NCBI RefSeq assembly: GCF_000155895.1
Contig: NZ_DS995298.1
Span: 660,001-692,000, forward strand
Length of the DNA stretch: 32,000 nucleotides
Direction: 5' to 3'
From: Candidatus Pelagibacter sp. HTCC7211
GTDB lineage: Bacteria; Pseudomonadota; Alphaproteobacteria; Pelagibacterales; Pelagibacteraceae
Shown: positions 23,781-31,762 of the stretch, piece after piece
How the letters are laid out: each line of letters opens with the position of its first letter
How positions within the stretch are numbered: the stretch's first letter is position 1
Notes under the pieces: model-generated
Seen by the model: the letters and a program-made list of their open reading frames with translations, nothing else
The model's database searches: none
What the model was told of the DNA's origin: nothing
Made by a program: the position numbers and the translations under genes

Positions 23781-24349
23781 TAATCTTTTTCTTCATCCGT
23801 CACAGCATAAGGTTTAAATCCTTTTGAGGCATCCCCAACTCTTTTTGCTGGAATTCCAGCCATTACAGATTTTTCAGGTACGTTTTTTGTGACTACTGAA
23901 TTAGATCCAATTAAAGAATTTTTACCTATCGTAATCGGTCCTAATATTTGAGCTCCTGAACCAACAACAACGTTGTCTTCTAATGTTGGATGTCTTTTCA
24001 TATCTCTTTGGTAATCAGAATTAATACTAGGTGCAATTCCACCTAAGGTTACATTATGATAAATAGTTACATTGTCAGCAATTTTAGATGTTTCACCAAT
24101 TACAACTCCCATACCATGATCAATGAATAAGTTTTTTCCAATATTTGCTTTTGGATGAATTTCAATTCCAGTTAAAAACCTTGAAAATTGTGAAATTATT
24201 CTGGCAATTAAGTCAAATTTTGCAACAGAAAAAAAATTAGCAATTCTATGAAAAAAAACTGCTTTTACACCCGGGTAAGTTAAAATTAAACTTATTTTTG
24301 ATTTTGCTGCAGGATCTCTATTAATTATAGATTGTAAAAATTCACTCAT
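23780..24349 (-). CDS. cysE: Serine O-acetyltransferase
   Basis: 189 aa. N-terminal DPAAKS...YPG..AV..HRIA, followed by left-handed beta-helix hexapeptide repeats (IHP.A.IG....IDHG.GVVIGET..I...V.I...VTLGG). Confidence 0.9.
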   Translation of the reverse strand: MSEFLQSIINRDPAAKSKISLILTYPGVKAVFFHRIANFFSVAKFDLIARIISQFSRFLTGIEIHPKANIGKNLFIDHGMGVVIGETSKIADNVTIYHNVTLGGIAPSINSDYQRDMKRHPTLEDNVVVGSGAQILGPITIGKNSLIGSNSVVTKNVPEKSVMAGIPAKRVGDASKGFKPYAVTDEEKD

Positions 24350-24420
24350 ATTTATTTGCTATCTTGATATTTAATTAATGGGTTATATAGTAACTAAATC
24401 TATTTATTAAAGGAGTAATT

Positions 24421-24831
24421 ATGTACAGAAACACAAACTGTTTTCATTTAGCAATCCCATGTGGTGATTTGGAAACGGCAAAGAAATTTTATAGTGAAAC
24501 CTTAGGATGTAGATTGGACAATTCTGCTCAAGAATGGGCTGATGTAGATTTTTGGGGAAATGAATTAACTCTTCACGCAAGTGAACATAAACTTGATAAT
24601 GAAAGACATGACGTTGATATGGGAAATGTTTCAGTACCTCACTTTGGTGTACATTTATCGAGAAAAGATTTTGATACTTTAAAAAACAGACTTAAAGACA
24701 ATGGCACAAAATATTATGATGAGCCATATTTAAGATTTAAAGGTACAAAATATGAGCAGGAAACATTTTTTGTAAAAGATCCAAATGAAAATGTCTTAGA
24801 AATTAAAACTTTAACGAATAATCCTGACTAA
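24421..24831 (+). CDS. VOC (glyoxalase/bleomycin resistance/extradiol dioxygenase) family protein
   Basis: 136 aa. FHLAIPCGDLETAKKFYSETLGC at the N-terminus and FFVKDPNENVLEIK at the C-terminus. AAAGGAG SD. Confidence 0.7.
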   Translation: MYRNTNCFHLAIPCGDLETAKKFYSETLGCRLDNSAQEWADVDFWGNELTLHASEHKLDNERHDVDMGNVSVPHFGVHLSRKDFDTLKNRLKDNGTKYYDEPYLRFKGTKYEQETFFVKDPNENVLEIKTLTNNPD

Positions 24832-24846
24832 CTTTTCATTATTTTA

Positions 24847-25323
24847 ATGAAAAAAAAAATTGATGCTTATGGTGAAACTTTGTTTCACTTAATGCATTTT
24901 CGTAACAGACAATTCATAGACTCTCAATCAATGATTGGCATTGATTATGAAACATTTATGATCATGTCTTGTGTCGGGTCTCATTATATAAAACATAACA
25001 CGAAAGAAGGAAGTAATTGGGATAGTTTGTGGGAACAAACAAGATCAAAAAAAATTGATAAACTTTATACAGAAAAAAAACTTACTATTTTTGCATTAGC
25101 AAATATAATGCAATTACCTAAGGAAACAGTAAGGAGAAAAATTGGAATTTTAAGAAAAAAAAAACTCATTAATTATTCAAGAAAAGATGGTTTACTTCCT
25201 ACAGATAAAGTTGAAGAAGCAATAAAACCATTTGCAATTAAAGAATTAAATGAACTCTCTCTATTTCTTAAAGCATTAAAAAAACACAATACTCTTAATC
25301 AACTTTTAGAATTTAAAGATTAG
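24847..25323 (+). CDS. Hypothetical protein with probable winged-helix DNA-binding motif (candidate regulator)
   Basis: 158 aa. The segment LTIFALANIMQLPKETVRRKIGILRKKKLINYSRKDG looks like an HTH plus wing. No confident family assignment. Confidence 0.45.
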   Translation: MKKKIDAYGETLFHLMHFRNRQFIDSQSMIGIDYETFMIMSCVGSHYIKHNTKEGSNWDSLWEQTRSKKIDKLYTEKKLTIFALANIMQLPKETVRRKIGILRKKKLINYSRKDGLLPTDKVEEAIKPFAIKELNELSLFLKALKKHNTLNQLLEFKD

Positions 25324-25415
25324 CTTTCATTTTTCTTTTAAAGACATATTTATTTATATTGATTAAATAATTATATATTGCTAGTTTTTATTATAAATAT
25401 TAGTCTACAAAAATC

Positions 25416-26897
25416 ATGCCAGTAAATTATAAAGCCATTGCAAAAAAACTAAAATTTGAAGGAAGAGCATTTATTAATGGAAAATATGTAAATGCAATTG
25501 ATGGAAAAAAATTTGAAACTATAAATCCCGCTACAGGAGAAAAACTTTGTGCTGTTGCAAAATGTAATCATAAAGATGTCAATTTAGCAGTAAAAGTTTC
25601 AAGAAAAGCTTTTAATAGCGGAGTTTGGTCAAGAAGTTCACCTGAACATAGAAAAGAAGTTTTATTAAAATTTGCTGAGTTGCTTAGAAAACATGGAGAT
25701 GAAAATTCTGTTTTAGAATGTGTTGATACAGGAAAATTAATAGCAGACTGCATTAATGAAGTAGCAAACGATGCACCAATGCATTTTCAGTGGTATGGAG
25801 AATTAATTGATAAAGTATTTGGAAAAGTTGGCCCAACAGAGCCATCAATTACAAGTTTAATAGTTAAAGAACCTATTGGAGTTGTAGCTGGAATTGTTCC
25901 TTGGAATTTTCCTTTAATGATGGCAGTTTGGAAAATGGCTCCAGCCTTAGCAGCTGGTTGTTCAGTAATTATTAAGCCAGCTGAAGATACTCCACTTACG
26001 GCTATAAGAGTTGCTAAAATTGCCCAAGAAGCTGGTATACCAGATGGAGTTTTAAATATATTGCCTGGTTATGGGGATGTTGGCGAAGCTCTTGGTCGAC
26101 ATAAAGATGTTGATGCGGTTTCTTTTACAGGCTCAACTGAAGTTGGTGGTTATTTTCTAAAATATTCAAGTGAAAGTAATTTAAAGCCAGTTGCACTTGA
26201 GATGGGAGGAAAAAGTCCATTTATAGTTTTAGAAGATGCTAAGATTAATGATGACTTAATTGATAATGCAATAAATTCAGCTTTTTGGAATGGCGGTCAA
26301 AACTGTTCTGCAAATATGAGACAGATTGTTCATAAAAAGGTTAAAGATGAATTTTTAGATAAAGTTTCTAAAAAAGTAAAAAAATTAAAAGTAGGCGATC
26401 CATTAAATTTAAAATCAAATATGGGCTCTATGATTTCAAAAGGACACTTACAAACTGTTGATGGATATATTCAAAAAGGAATTGATGAGGGTGCAAAACT
26501 TTTATTTGGTGGAGTTTCAGATAATAAGCAAAAAGGATTTTATGCAAAACCAACTTTATTTGATGGGTTAAAAGAAAATATGACTATTGCGCAGGAAGAA
26601 ATTTTTGGCCCTGTTCTTGGCGTTCTAACAGTTAAAAATGATGAAGAAGCCTTAAAGGTTGCAAGTAATTCGAAATATGGACTACATGCTAGCGTATTTA
26701 CTCAAGATATAGATAGGGCTTTTCATCTAGCAAAAAGTCTACCTTGTGGAACAGTATCAGTTAACACGTTTTCTGAAGGAGACATTAAAACTCCATTTGG
26801 AGGATATAAACAATCTGGATCATTATCTAGAGATCAAGGAACTGAAGCACTTAATTCTTTTCTTCAAACAAAAACTATTTGGATTAGTCACTCATAA
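25416..26897 (+). CDS. NAD+-dependent aldehyde dehydrogenase (PuuC / gamma-glutamyl-gamma-aminobutyraldehyde dehydrogenase-like)
   Basis: 493 aa. Motifs FINGKYV....G..FETINPATGE, WNFP, AAGCSVIIKP, LEMGGKSP, GGQNCSA and EEIFGPV. Confidence 0.9.
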   Translation: MPVNYKAIAKKLKFEGRAFINGKYVNAIDGKKFETINPATGEKLCAVAKCNHKDVNLAVKVSRKAFNSGVWSRSSPEHRKEVLLKFAELLRKHGDENSVLECVDTGKLIADCINEVANDAPMHFQWYGELIDKVFGKVGPTEPSITSLIVKEPIGVVAGIVPWNFPLMMAVWKMAPALAAGCSVIIKPAEDTPLTAIRVAKIAQEAGIPDGVLNILPGYGDVGEALGRHKDVDAVSFTGSTEVGGYFLKYSSESNLKPVALEMGGKSPFIVLEDAKINDDLIDNAINSAFWNGGQNCSANMRQIVHKKVKDEFLDKVSKKVKKLKVGDPLNLKSNMGSMISKGHLQTVDGYIQKGIDEGAKLLFGGVSDNKQKGFYAKPTLFDGLKENMTIAQEEIFGPVLGVLTVKNDEEALKVASNSKYGLHASVFTQDIDRAFHLAKSLPCGTVSVNTFSEGDIKTPFGGYKQSGSLSRDQGTEALNSFLQTKTIWISHS

Positions 26898-26912
26898 GTA
26901 TATAATTTCTTA

Positions 26913-27947
26913 ATGGACTTTAACCATTTTTTAACAAGTTATATGCCAAATCCCAATGTTGGATCAAAAGTACATTTTCAAAATATGATTGAACAATCTA
27001 TTTTGGCAGAAAAGCTTGGTTATAAAAAAGTATCTATACCAGAACATCATTTAATAAACTTACTAATGATGCCATCACCATTACAAATGGCAGTAAAAAT
27101 AGCTTCATTAACAAAAAATATTTCAATTTCAACTAGTGTAGCAGTTTTACCTTTGCATGATATGAGAACATATGCTGGTGAAGTTGCAACAGCAGATATT
27201 TTAACTGACGGAAGATTAATCTTAGGTGTTGCAAGAGGAGCATTTCCATGGGAAATGAAAAGATTAGGTACACCCATTGAGCATTCAAAAGAAAAGTTTA
27301 CCGAATCTTTAGAAGTTCTTCAAAAGCTACTTAGCGAGGAAGAAGTTTCTTTTAGTGGCAAATATTATAATTTTGAAGCTTTAACAATTATGCCGAGACC
27401 AATTACACAACCTATCCCAATTATGATAGCCGCAATGGATCCTAAAAGTATTAAAAATGCAGCATTGAGAGGGTTTCATGTTCAATCAACGGTGCTTTCT
27501 GGAACAAGAGAACTTTTGATGGAAAGGGTTAATGCATTTAGAGATGGATGTGAAGAATTAGGTGAAAAAGGAAAATTACTAAAACTTTCTATGCAAAGAA
27601 TGATGTTTGTTGCAAAAGATGAAAAAGATGCAGAGATAAAAAATAAGCTTGCTTATGAATACTATAAACGTTTTGATAATATGTTTACAGGACCCGGAAA
27701 AGTTAAAAATGGAAACATAATTCCATTACCTAGAAAACAAAGTTTTGAAGAAATGAAAGATAATTTGCTTATTTGTCCTATAAATGAATTGATTGATAAA
27801 TTAAGTATCTATGCAGAGGCTGGAGTAGACGAATTTATAATAAGCTCAAGTTTTGGACAAGAACAAAATGAAACTATAGAGTCAATGCATAAAATTAGCG
27901 AAGAGATAATTCCATATTTTAAAAATTCAAAAAATCAAGTTGCCTAA
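26913..27947 (+). CDS. Luciferase-like (LLM class) flavin-dependent monooxygenase/oxidoreductase
   Basis: 344 aa. TIM-barrel LLM pattern (AEKLGY....IPEHH, LTDGRLILGVARG). No flavin reductase gene is adjacent. Confidence 0.85.
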   Translation: MDFNHFLTSYMPNPNVGSKVHFQNMIEQSILAEKLGYKKVSIPEHHLINLLMMPSPLQMAVKIASLTKNISISTSVAVLPLHDMRTYAGEVATADILTDGRLILGVARGAFPWEMKRLGTPIEHSKEKFTESLEVLQKLLSEEEVSFSGKYYNFEALTIMPRPITQPIPIMIAAMDPKSIKNAALRGFHVQSTVLSGTRELLMERVNAFRDGCEELGEKGKLLKLSMQRMMFVAKDEKDAEIKNKLAYEYYKRFDNMFTGPGKVKNGNIIPLPRKQSFEEMKDNLLICPINELIDKLSIYAEAGVDEFIISSSFGQEQNETIESMHKISEEIIPYFKNSKNQVA

Positions 27948-27953
27948 AATCTA

Positions 27954-28727
27954 ATGTCAGAAGTAGTAGATTGTGATTATTCAATTCAAGGCTCTGGACC
28001 AGCTTTATTTTTGTCTCACGGGATAGGAGCAGCAAAGAATGCCTGGCGTTTTCTTTTACCAGAATTGTCAAAACATTTTACAGTAGTTACTTATGATCTT
28101 AGAGGCCATGGAAAATCTCCAGTTACAAATAAAAATTTTACTTTAGATGATTTAGTTTTAGATTTAGAGAAGATAAGAGAAAAAACAAAAATTGATAAAG
28201 CCCATTTTGCCGGTCATTCATTAGGAGGAATGATAGCTCCCGCATACTCAATAAAATTTCCAAATAGAGTTTTGTCAGTTGGATTACTTTCAACTGTAGC
28301 AGGTCGATCTGATGTTGATAAAAACAACGTATTAAAAATAATTAGCGAAATGGAAACAACAAGTGTTGAACAAACATTGCAAAAACTTACTACTCGTTGG
28401 TTTACAGATGAGTTTATCGAAGAAAATCCAGATTTAGTCAAAATAAGATTAAAACAAGTTATTGATACAGATCCTGAGGTTTTTTTAAATGTTTTTAAAA
28501 TCTATGCAAATACAGAAATGATTACTTGGTTAAAGAATATATCTAAACCATGTTTGTTAATGACTGGTGAAAATGATTTAGGTTGCAGCCCTGATCATAA
28601 CAAAAGAATGGCAAATGAGATTTTGAATTCAAAATTAGTCATTCTTCCCAAATACAAACATTCATTTCTCATTGAAGCTCCAAAAGAAGTTGCAAAAAAT
28701 TTAATTAAATTTATTAAAAGTATCTAA
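27954..28727 (+). CDS. Alpha/beta hydrolase (3-oxoadipate enol-lactonase-like)
   Basis: 257 aa. An HG oxyanion motif (LFLSHGIG), YDLRGHGKSP, the nucleophile elbow GHSLGG and a C-terminal His (KHSF). Confidence 0.85.
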   Translation: MSEVVDCDYSIQGSGPALFLSHGIGAAKNAWRFLLPELSKHFTVVTYDLRGHGKSPVTNKNFTLDDLVLDLEKIREKTKIDKAHFAGHSLGGMIAPAYSIKFPNRVLSVGLLSTVAGRSDVDKNNVLKIISEMETTSVEQTLQKLTTRWFTDEFIEENPDLVKIRLKQVIDTDPEVFLNVFKIYANTEMITWLKNISKPCLLMTGENDLGCSPDHNKRMANEILNSKLVILPKYKHSFLIEAPKEVAKNLIKFIKSI

Positions 28728-28877
28728 GATTTCTTATTATTTTTGTAATTCAGATTTAAAATAATATTTTTGATGAGAATTATTCATTTTTGTAGTTAAA
28801 AAATTACATAAAACTTAGTTTATTTGAGGTCATAATATCACATAGATTATTTAAAATTAGTATCCAATTATAGAATT

Positions 28878-29546
28878 ATGTCTGATTTAGAAAAACACTA
28901 TAAACCTCAGAATAAATCTGATCGTATAGCTTTAGCTTTTACAAAATTTTTGCGCTATATAGCTGACACTTTTTTTAAAAAAAAGTATGGTCATAGAGCA
29001 GTAGTATTAGAAACTGTAGCAGCTGTTCCTGGCATGGTAGCTGGTATGCTTACACACTTAAGATCTTTAAGAAAAATGGAAGATGACAGAGGTTGGATAA
29101 AAATTCTTTTAGAAGAAGCTGAGAATGAAAGAATGCATCTAATGACATTTATTCAAGTTGCTAAACCGACATCTTTAGAGAGATTTATAATTATAATAGC
29201 ACAATTTTTATTTATAATTATGTATTCAATAATTTATTTAGTATCGCAAAGAACAGCGCACAGAATAGTAGGTTATTTTGAAGAAGAAGCAGTTTTTAGT
29301 TATACAGAATATTTAAAAGAATTAGAATCTGGAAGAATAGATGATCAGCCTGCGCCTAAAATTGCAATCGATTATTGGAATTTACCACTTCACTCAACAT
29401 TAAAAGATGTTGTTAGAGTAGTAAGAGATGATGAGGCTGGACATAGAGATGTGAACCATAGTTTTGCAAGAATATTAAATGAAAAATTATTAAAAAAAAA
29501 ACAATCTTCTAATAAAAAAGAAGATAGAACTTTTGGCTTAAAATAA
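28878..29546 (+). CDS. aox: Alternative oxidase (di-iron ubiquinol oxidase)
   Basis: 222 aa. Di-iron carboxylate motifs [20 protein letters not shown] and [12 protein letters not shown], in the order typical of AOX. Confidence 0.9.
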   Translation: MSDLEKHYKPQNKSDRIALAFTKFLRYIADTFFKKKYGHRAVVLETVAAVPGMVAGMLTHLRSLRKMEDDRGWIKILLEEAENERMHLMTFIQVAKPTSLERFIIIIAQFLFIIMYSIIYLVSQRTAHRIVGYFEEEAVFSYTEYLKELESGRIDDQPAPKIAIDYWNLPLHSTLKDVVRVVRDDEAGHRDVNHSFARILNEKLLKKKQSSNKKEDRTFGLK

Positions 29547-29668
29547 AAATTAAATCTCATCAGATTAATACTAATAACATTAGTTAACACAGAAAATTAA
29601 TACTCATTTTCTTTGACTCATCCTCGCTAATTTAGTTTAATTAAACCTAAATAAACAAAGGGGTAATA

Positions 29669-30631
29669 ATGAAAATAATTAAAACTACACTTGTAGCTGG
29701 ATTAATTTCAATTTTTGCTACTTTCTCGTCTTTTGCTGAGAAAGTTAAAATTGGAGATCCAGGTTGGACAGGTGCTACAGCTATTGCAAACTTATTAGCA
29801 GCAGTTGTCACAGATAAAATGGGTGGAGAAGCAGAACTTGTTCCTGGTAACAACACTGCAATTTATGGTGCAATAGATAGAAGCAAAGGTGAAATTGAAG
29901 TTCATCCAGATATCTGGTTGCCAAATCAACAAGCTTATACAAATGATTTAGTTCCAAAAGGAACTTTAAAATTAAGCAGCAAACCTTATGAAGGAAATCA
30001 AGGTTATTGTGTTTCACAACAATTTGCGAAAAAAATGAATATTACTGCAATCGAAGATTTAGGAAGACCTGAAGTTGTTAAAGCTATGGATAGTGATGGC
30101 AATGGTAAAGGTGAGTTCTGGATTGGTGCAGATGGTTGGGCTTCAGCTAATGTTAACCAAGTTAAATTAAGAGACTATGGTTTATATGATGCAGGCATTG
30201 AACCAATCAGAGCAGCAGAAGCAGTTAAGAATGCAAGAGTACTTGACTCAATTAAAAAAGGTGAAGGGTATGCATTTTATTGTTACAAACCACATGCAAT
30301 TTGGGGAATGGCAGATGTAGTTATGTTGGAAGAGCCAAAGTTTGATCCAGCAAAATACAAAATGGTACAACCTAAAGAAGATGCTGACTGGTATAACAAG
30401 TCTTATGTAGCTTCGAAAGATGCACTTAAAAAAATTCAAATTGGTTGGGGTACTTCTTTAGAAAGTAAATCACCAGCTATTGTTGAATTCTTTAAGAACT
30501 TTCAATTAACAGCAGACGATGTATCAGCTATGGCTTACGCAATTTCAGTTGAGAAAAAACAACCAGCTGATGTAGCAAGAGCATGGATGGATGCAAATAA
30601 ATCAACTGTTGATGGTTGGTTAGGACTTTAG
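29669..30631 (+). CDS. proX: Glycine betaine/proline-betaine ABC transporter periplasmic substrate-binding protein (OpuAC/ProX type)
   Basis: 320 aa. Signal peptide MKIIKTTLVAGLISIFATFSSFA, then the mature start KIGDPGWTG with the Trp-rich pattern of OpuAC-type binders. Followed by proV. Confidence 0.85.
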   Translation: MKIIKTTLVAGLISIFATFSSFAEKVKIGDPGWTGATAIANLLAAVVTDKMGGEAELVPGNNTAIYGAIDRSKGEIEVHPDIWLPNQQAYTNDLVPKGTLKLSSKPYEGNQGYCVSQQFAKKMNITAIEDLGRPEVVKAMDSDGNGKGEFWIGADGWASANVNQVKLRDYGLYDAGIEPIRAAEAVKNARVLDSIKKGEGYAFYCYKPHAIWGMADVVMLEEPKFDPAKYKMVQPKEDADWYNKSYVASKDALKKIQIGWGTSLESKSPAIVEFFKNFQLTADDVSAMAYAISVEKKQPADVARAWMDANKSTVDGWLGL

Positions 30632-30648
30632 TCTAAAACAAATCATTT

Positions 30649-30685
30649 ATACTCGGCAATTAAATATTGCCGAGTATATTTTCTT
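30649..30685 (+). terminator. Strong intercistronic hairpin plus T tract between proX and proV (attenuating terminator candidate)
   Basis: 12-bp perfect stem ATACTCGGCAAT / ATTGCCGAGTAT with a 5-nt loop, followed by ATTTTCTT. Lies 17 nt after the proX stop and 16 nt before the proV start. Confidence 0.65.
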
Positions 30686-30700
30686 AAAATAAAAGATAAA

Positions 30701-31762
30701 ATGGATCCATCAAGTTCAGCTATAAAGATTGAAAATGTTTGGAAAGTGTTTGGTAACACTTCAAATGAAGCGTTAGATGCAATTCAAAATCATAAAATTT
30801 CAAAAACAGAAGCTTTAGAAAAATATAATTCAGTAATTGGGGTGTCAGATGTATCTTTTGACGTAAAACAAGGAGAAATTTTTTGCGTGATGGGTCTTTC
30901 AGGTAGTGGTAAATCTACTTTAGTTAGACATATTAATAGGCTTTTAGAGCCAACGTCTGGAAAAATTTTAATTAATGATCAAGATGTAATGACTCTTGAT
31001 AGAGAAAGTTTGCAAGAATTAAGGAATAAAAAAATAGGGATGGTTTTTCAAAACTTTGCCTTAATGCCCCATAGATCAGTAGTTGATAATATTGCAATGC
31101 CTCTTGAAATTAGAGGAGTAAGTAAAAATGATAGATTGGATGCTGCAAATAAAATCTTAGATACTGTTGAGCTTCAAGGTTGGGGAAATAAATTTGCCCA
31201 TGAGCTATCTGGTGGAATGCAACAAAGAGTAGGACTTGCAAGAGCTTTGGCTGCAGACCCTGAATTCTTATTAATGGACGAACCTTTTAGTGCACTAGAT
31301 CCACTAATTAGAAGACAACTTCAATCAGAGTTTATTAAACTTTCGAAACAAATGAAAAAAACAACTGTTTTTATTACTCATGATTTAGATGAAGCAGTAA
31401 GAGTAGGTCATCGAATTGCAATTATGAGAGATGGAAAAGTAATTCAAGTTGGAACACCTGAAGAAATTGTAGTTAGTCCAGCTGATGATTATGTTGCTGA
31501 TTTTGTAAAAGGAATTTCTAGATTAAAAGTAGTTCAAGCAAAATCAATCATGCAATCAATCGAAAAGTTTGAAAAAAATAATGGAAAACTATCTGAGGAT
31601 TTAGAAGTAGTTAGAGAAGATGATTTATTAAGTAAATTAATTGAAACTTCGGCCTCAAAAGACAAGCCAGTAGTTGTTCATAATTCTCAAAATCAAAAAG
31701 TTGGTGTTATTTCACAAGCAGACCTTTTAAAAGCAGTTATTGAAGGAGGGGATGGTGAGTAA
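30701..31762 (+). CDS. proV: Glycine betaine/proline ABC transporter ATP-binding protein with C-terminal CBS-domain pair
   Basis: 353 aa. Walker A GLSGSGKST, ABC signature LSGGMQQR, Walker B LLMDEPFSALD, and a C-terminal regulatory (CBS-like) extension. Confidence 0.95.
   Translation: MDPSSSAIKIENVWKVFGNTSNEALDAIQNHKISKTEALEKYNSVIGVSDVSFDVKQGEIFCVMGLSGSGKSTLVRHINRLLEPTSGKILINDQDVMTLDRESLQELRNKKIGMVFQNFALMPHRSVVDNIAMPLEIRGVSKNDRLDAANKILDTVELQGWGNKFAHELSGGMQQRVGLARALAADPEFLLMDEPFSALDPLIRRQLQSEFIKLSKQMKKTTVFITHDLDEAVRVGHRIAIMRDGKVIQVGTPEEIVVSPADDYVADFVKGISRLKVVQAKSIMQSIEKFEKNNGKLSEDLEVVREDDLLSKLIETSASKDKPVVVHNSQNQKVGVISQADLLKAVIEGGDGE

Noticed and set aside
28771-28787. A Fur-box-like AT-rich near-palindrome, TGATGAGAATTATTCAT, upstream of the alternative oxidase gene.
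   Set aside because: By hand alignment only about 10 of 19 positions match the classical GATAATGATAATCATTATC consensus. That is indistinguishable from background in AT-rich spacers.
29564-29604. A 9-nt direct repeat, ATTAATACT (29564-29572 and 29596-29604), and recurring CTCAT pentamers upstream of proX. I considered a regulator-binding repeat.
   Set aside because: The repeats are short, AT-rich and expected by chance. There is no dyad symmetry and no independent support.
2408-30439. Seventeen 60-90-aa ORFs in the supplied track lie antisense to, and wholly or almost wholly within, larger well-supported genes: 2408-2590, 3488-3700, 5187-5369, 7613-7840, 13201-13473, 14467-14718, 18807-19031, 19960-20151, 20510-20728, 23507-23704, 25568-25753, 27047-27277, 28214-28441, 29390-29590, 29647-29856, 29808-30017 and 30248-30439.
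   Set aside because: Each is embedded opposite a gene with clear family motifs. Their translations are low-complexity (Leu/Phe/Ile/Ser/Lys-rich), with no recognisable motifs or SD sites. Such shadow ORFs are expected in AT-rich DNA.
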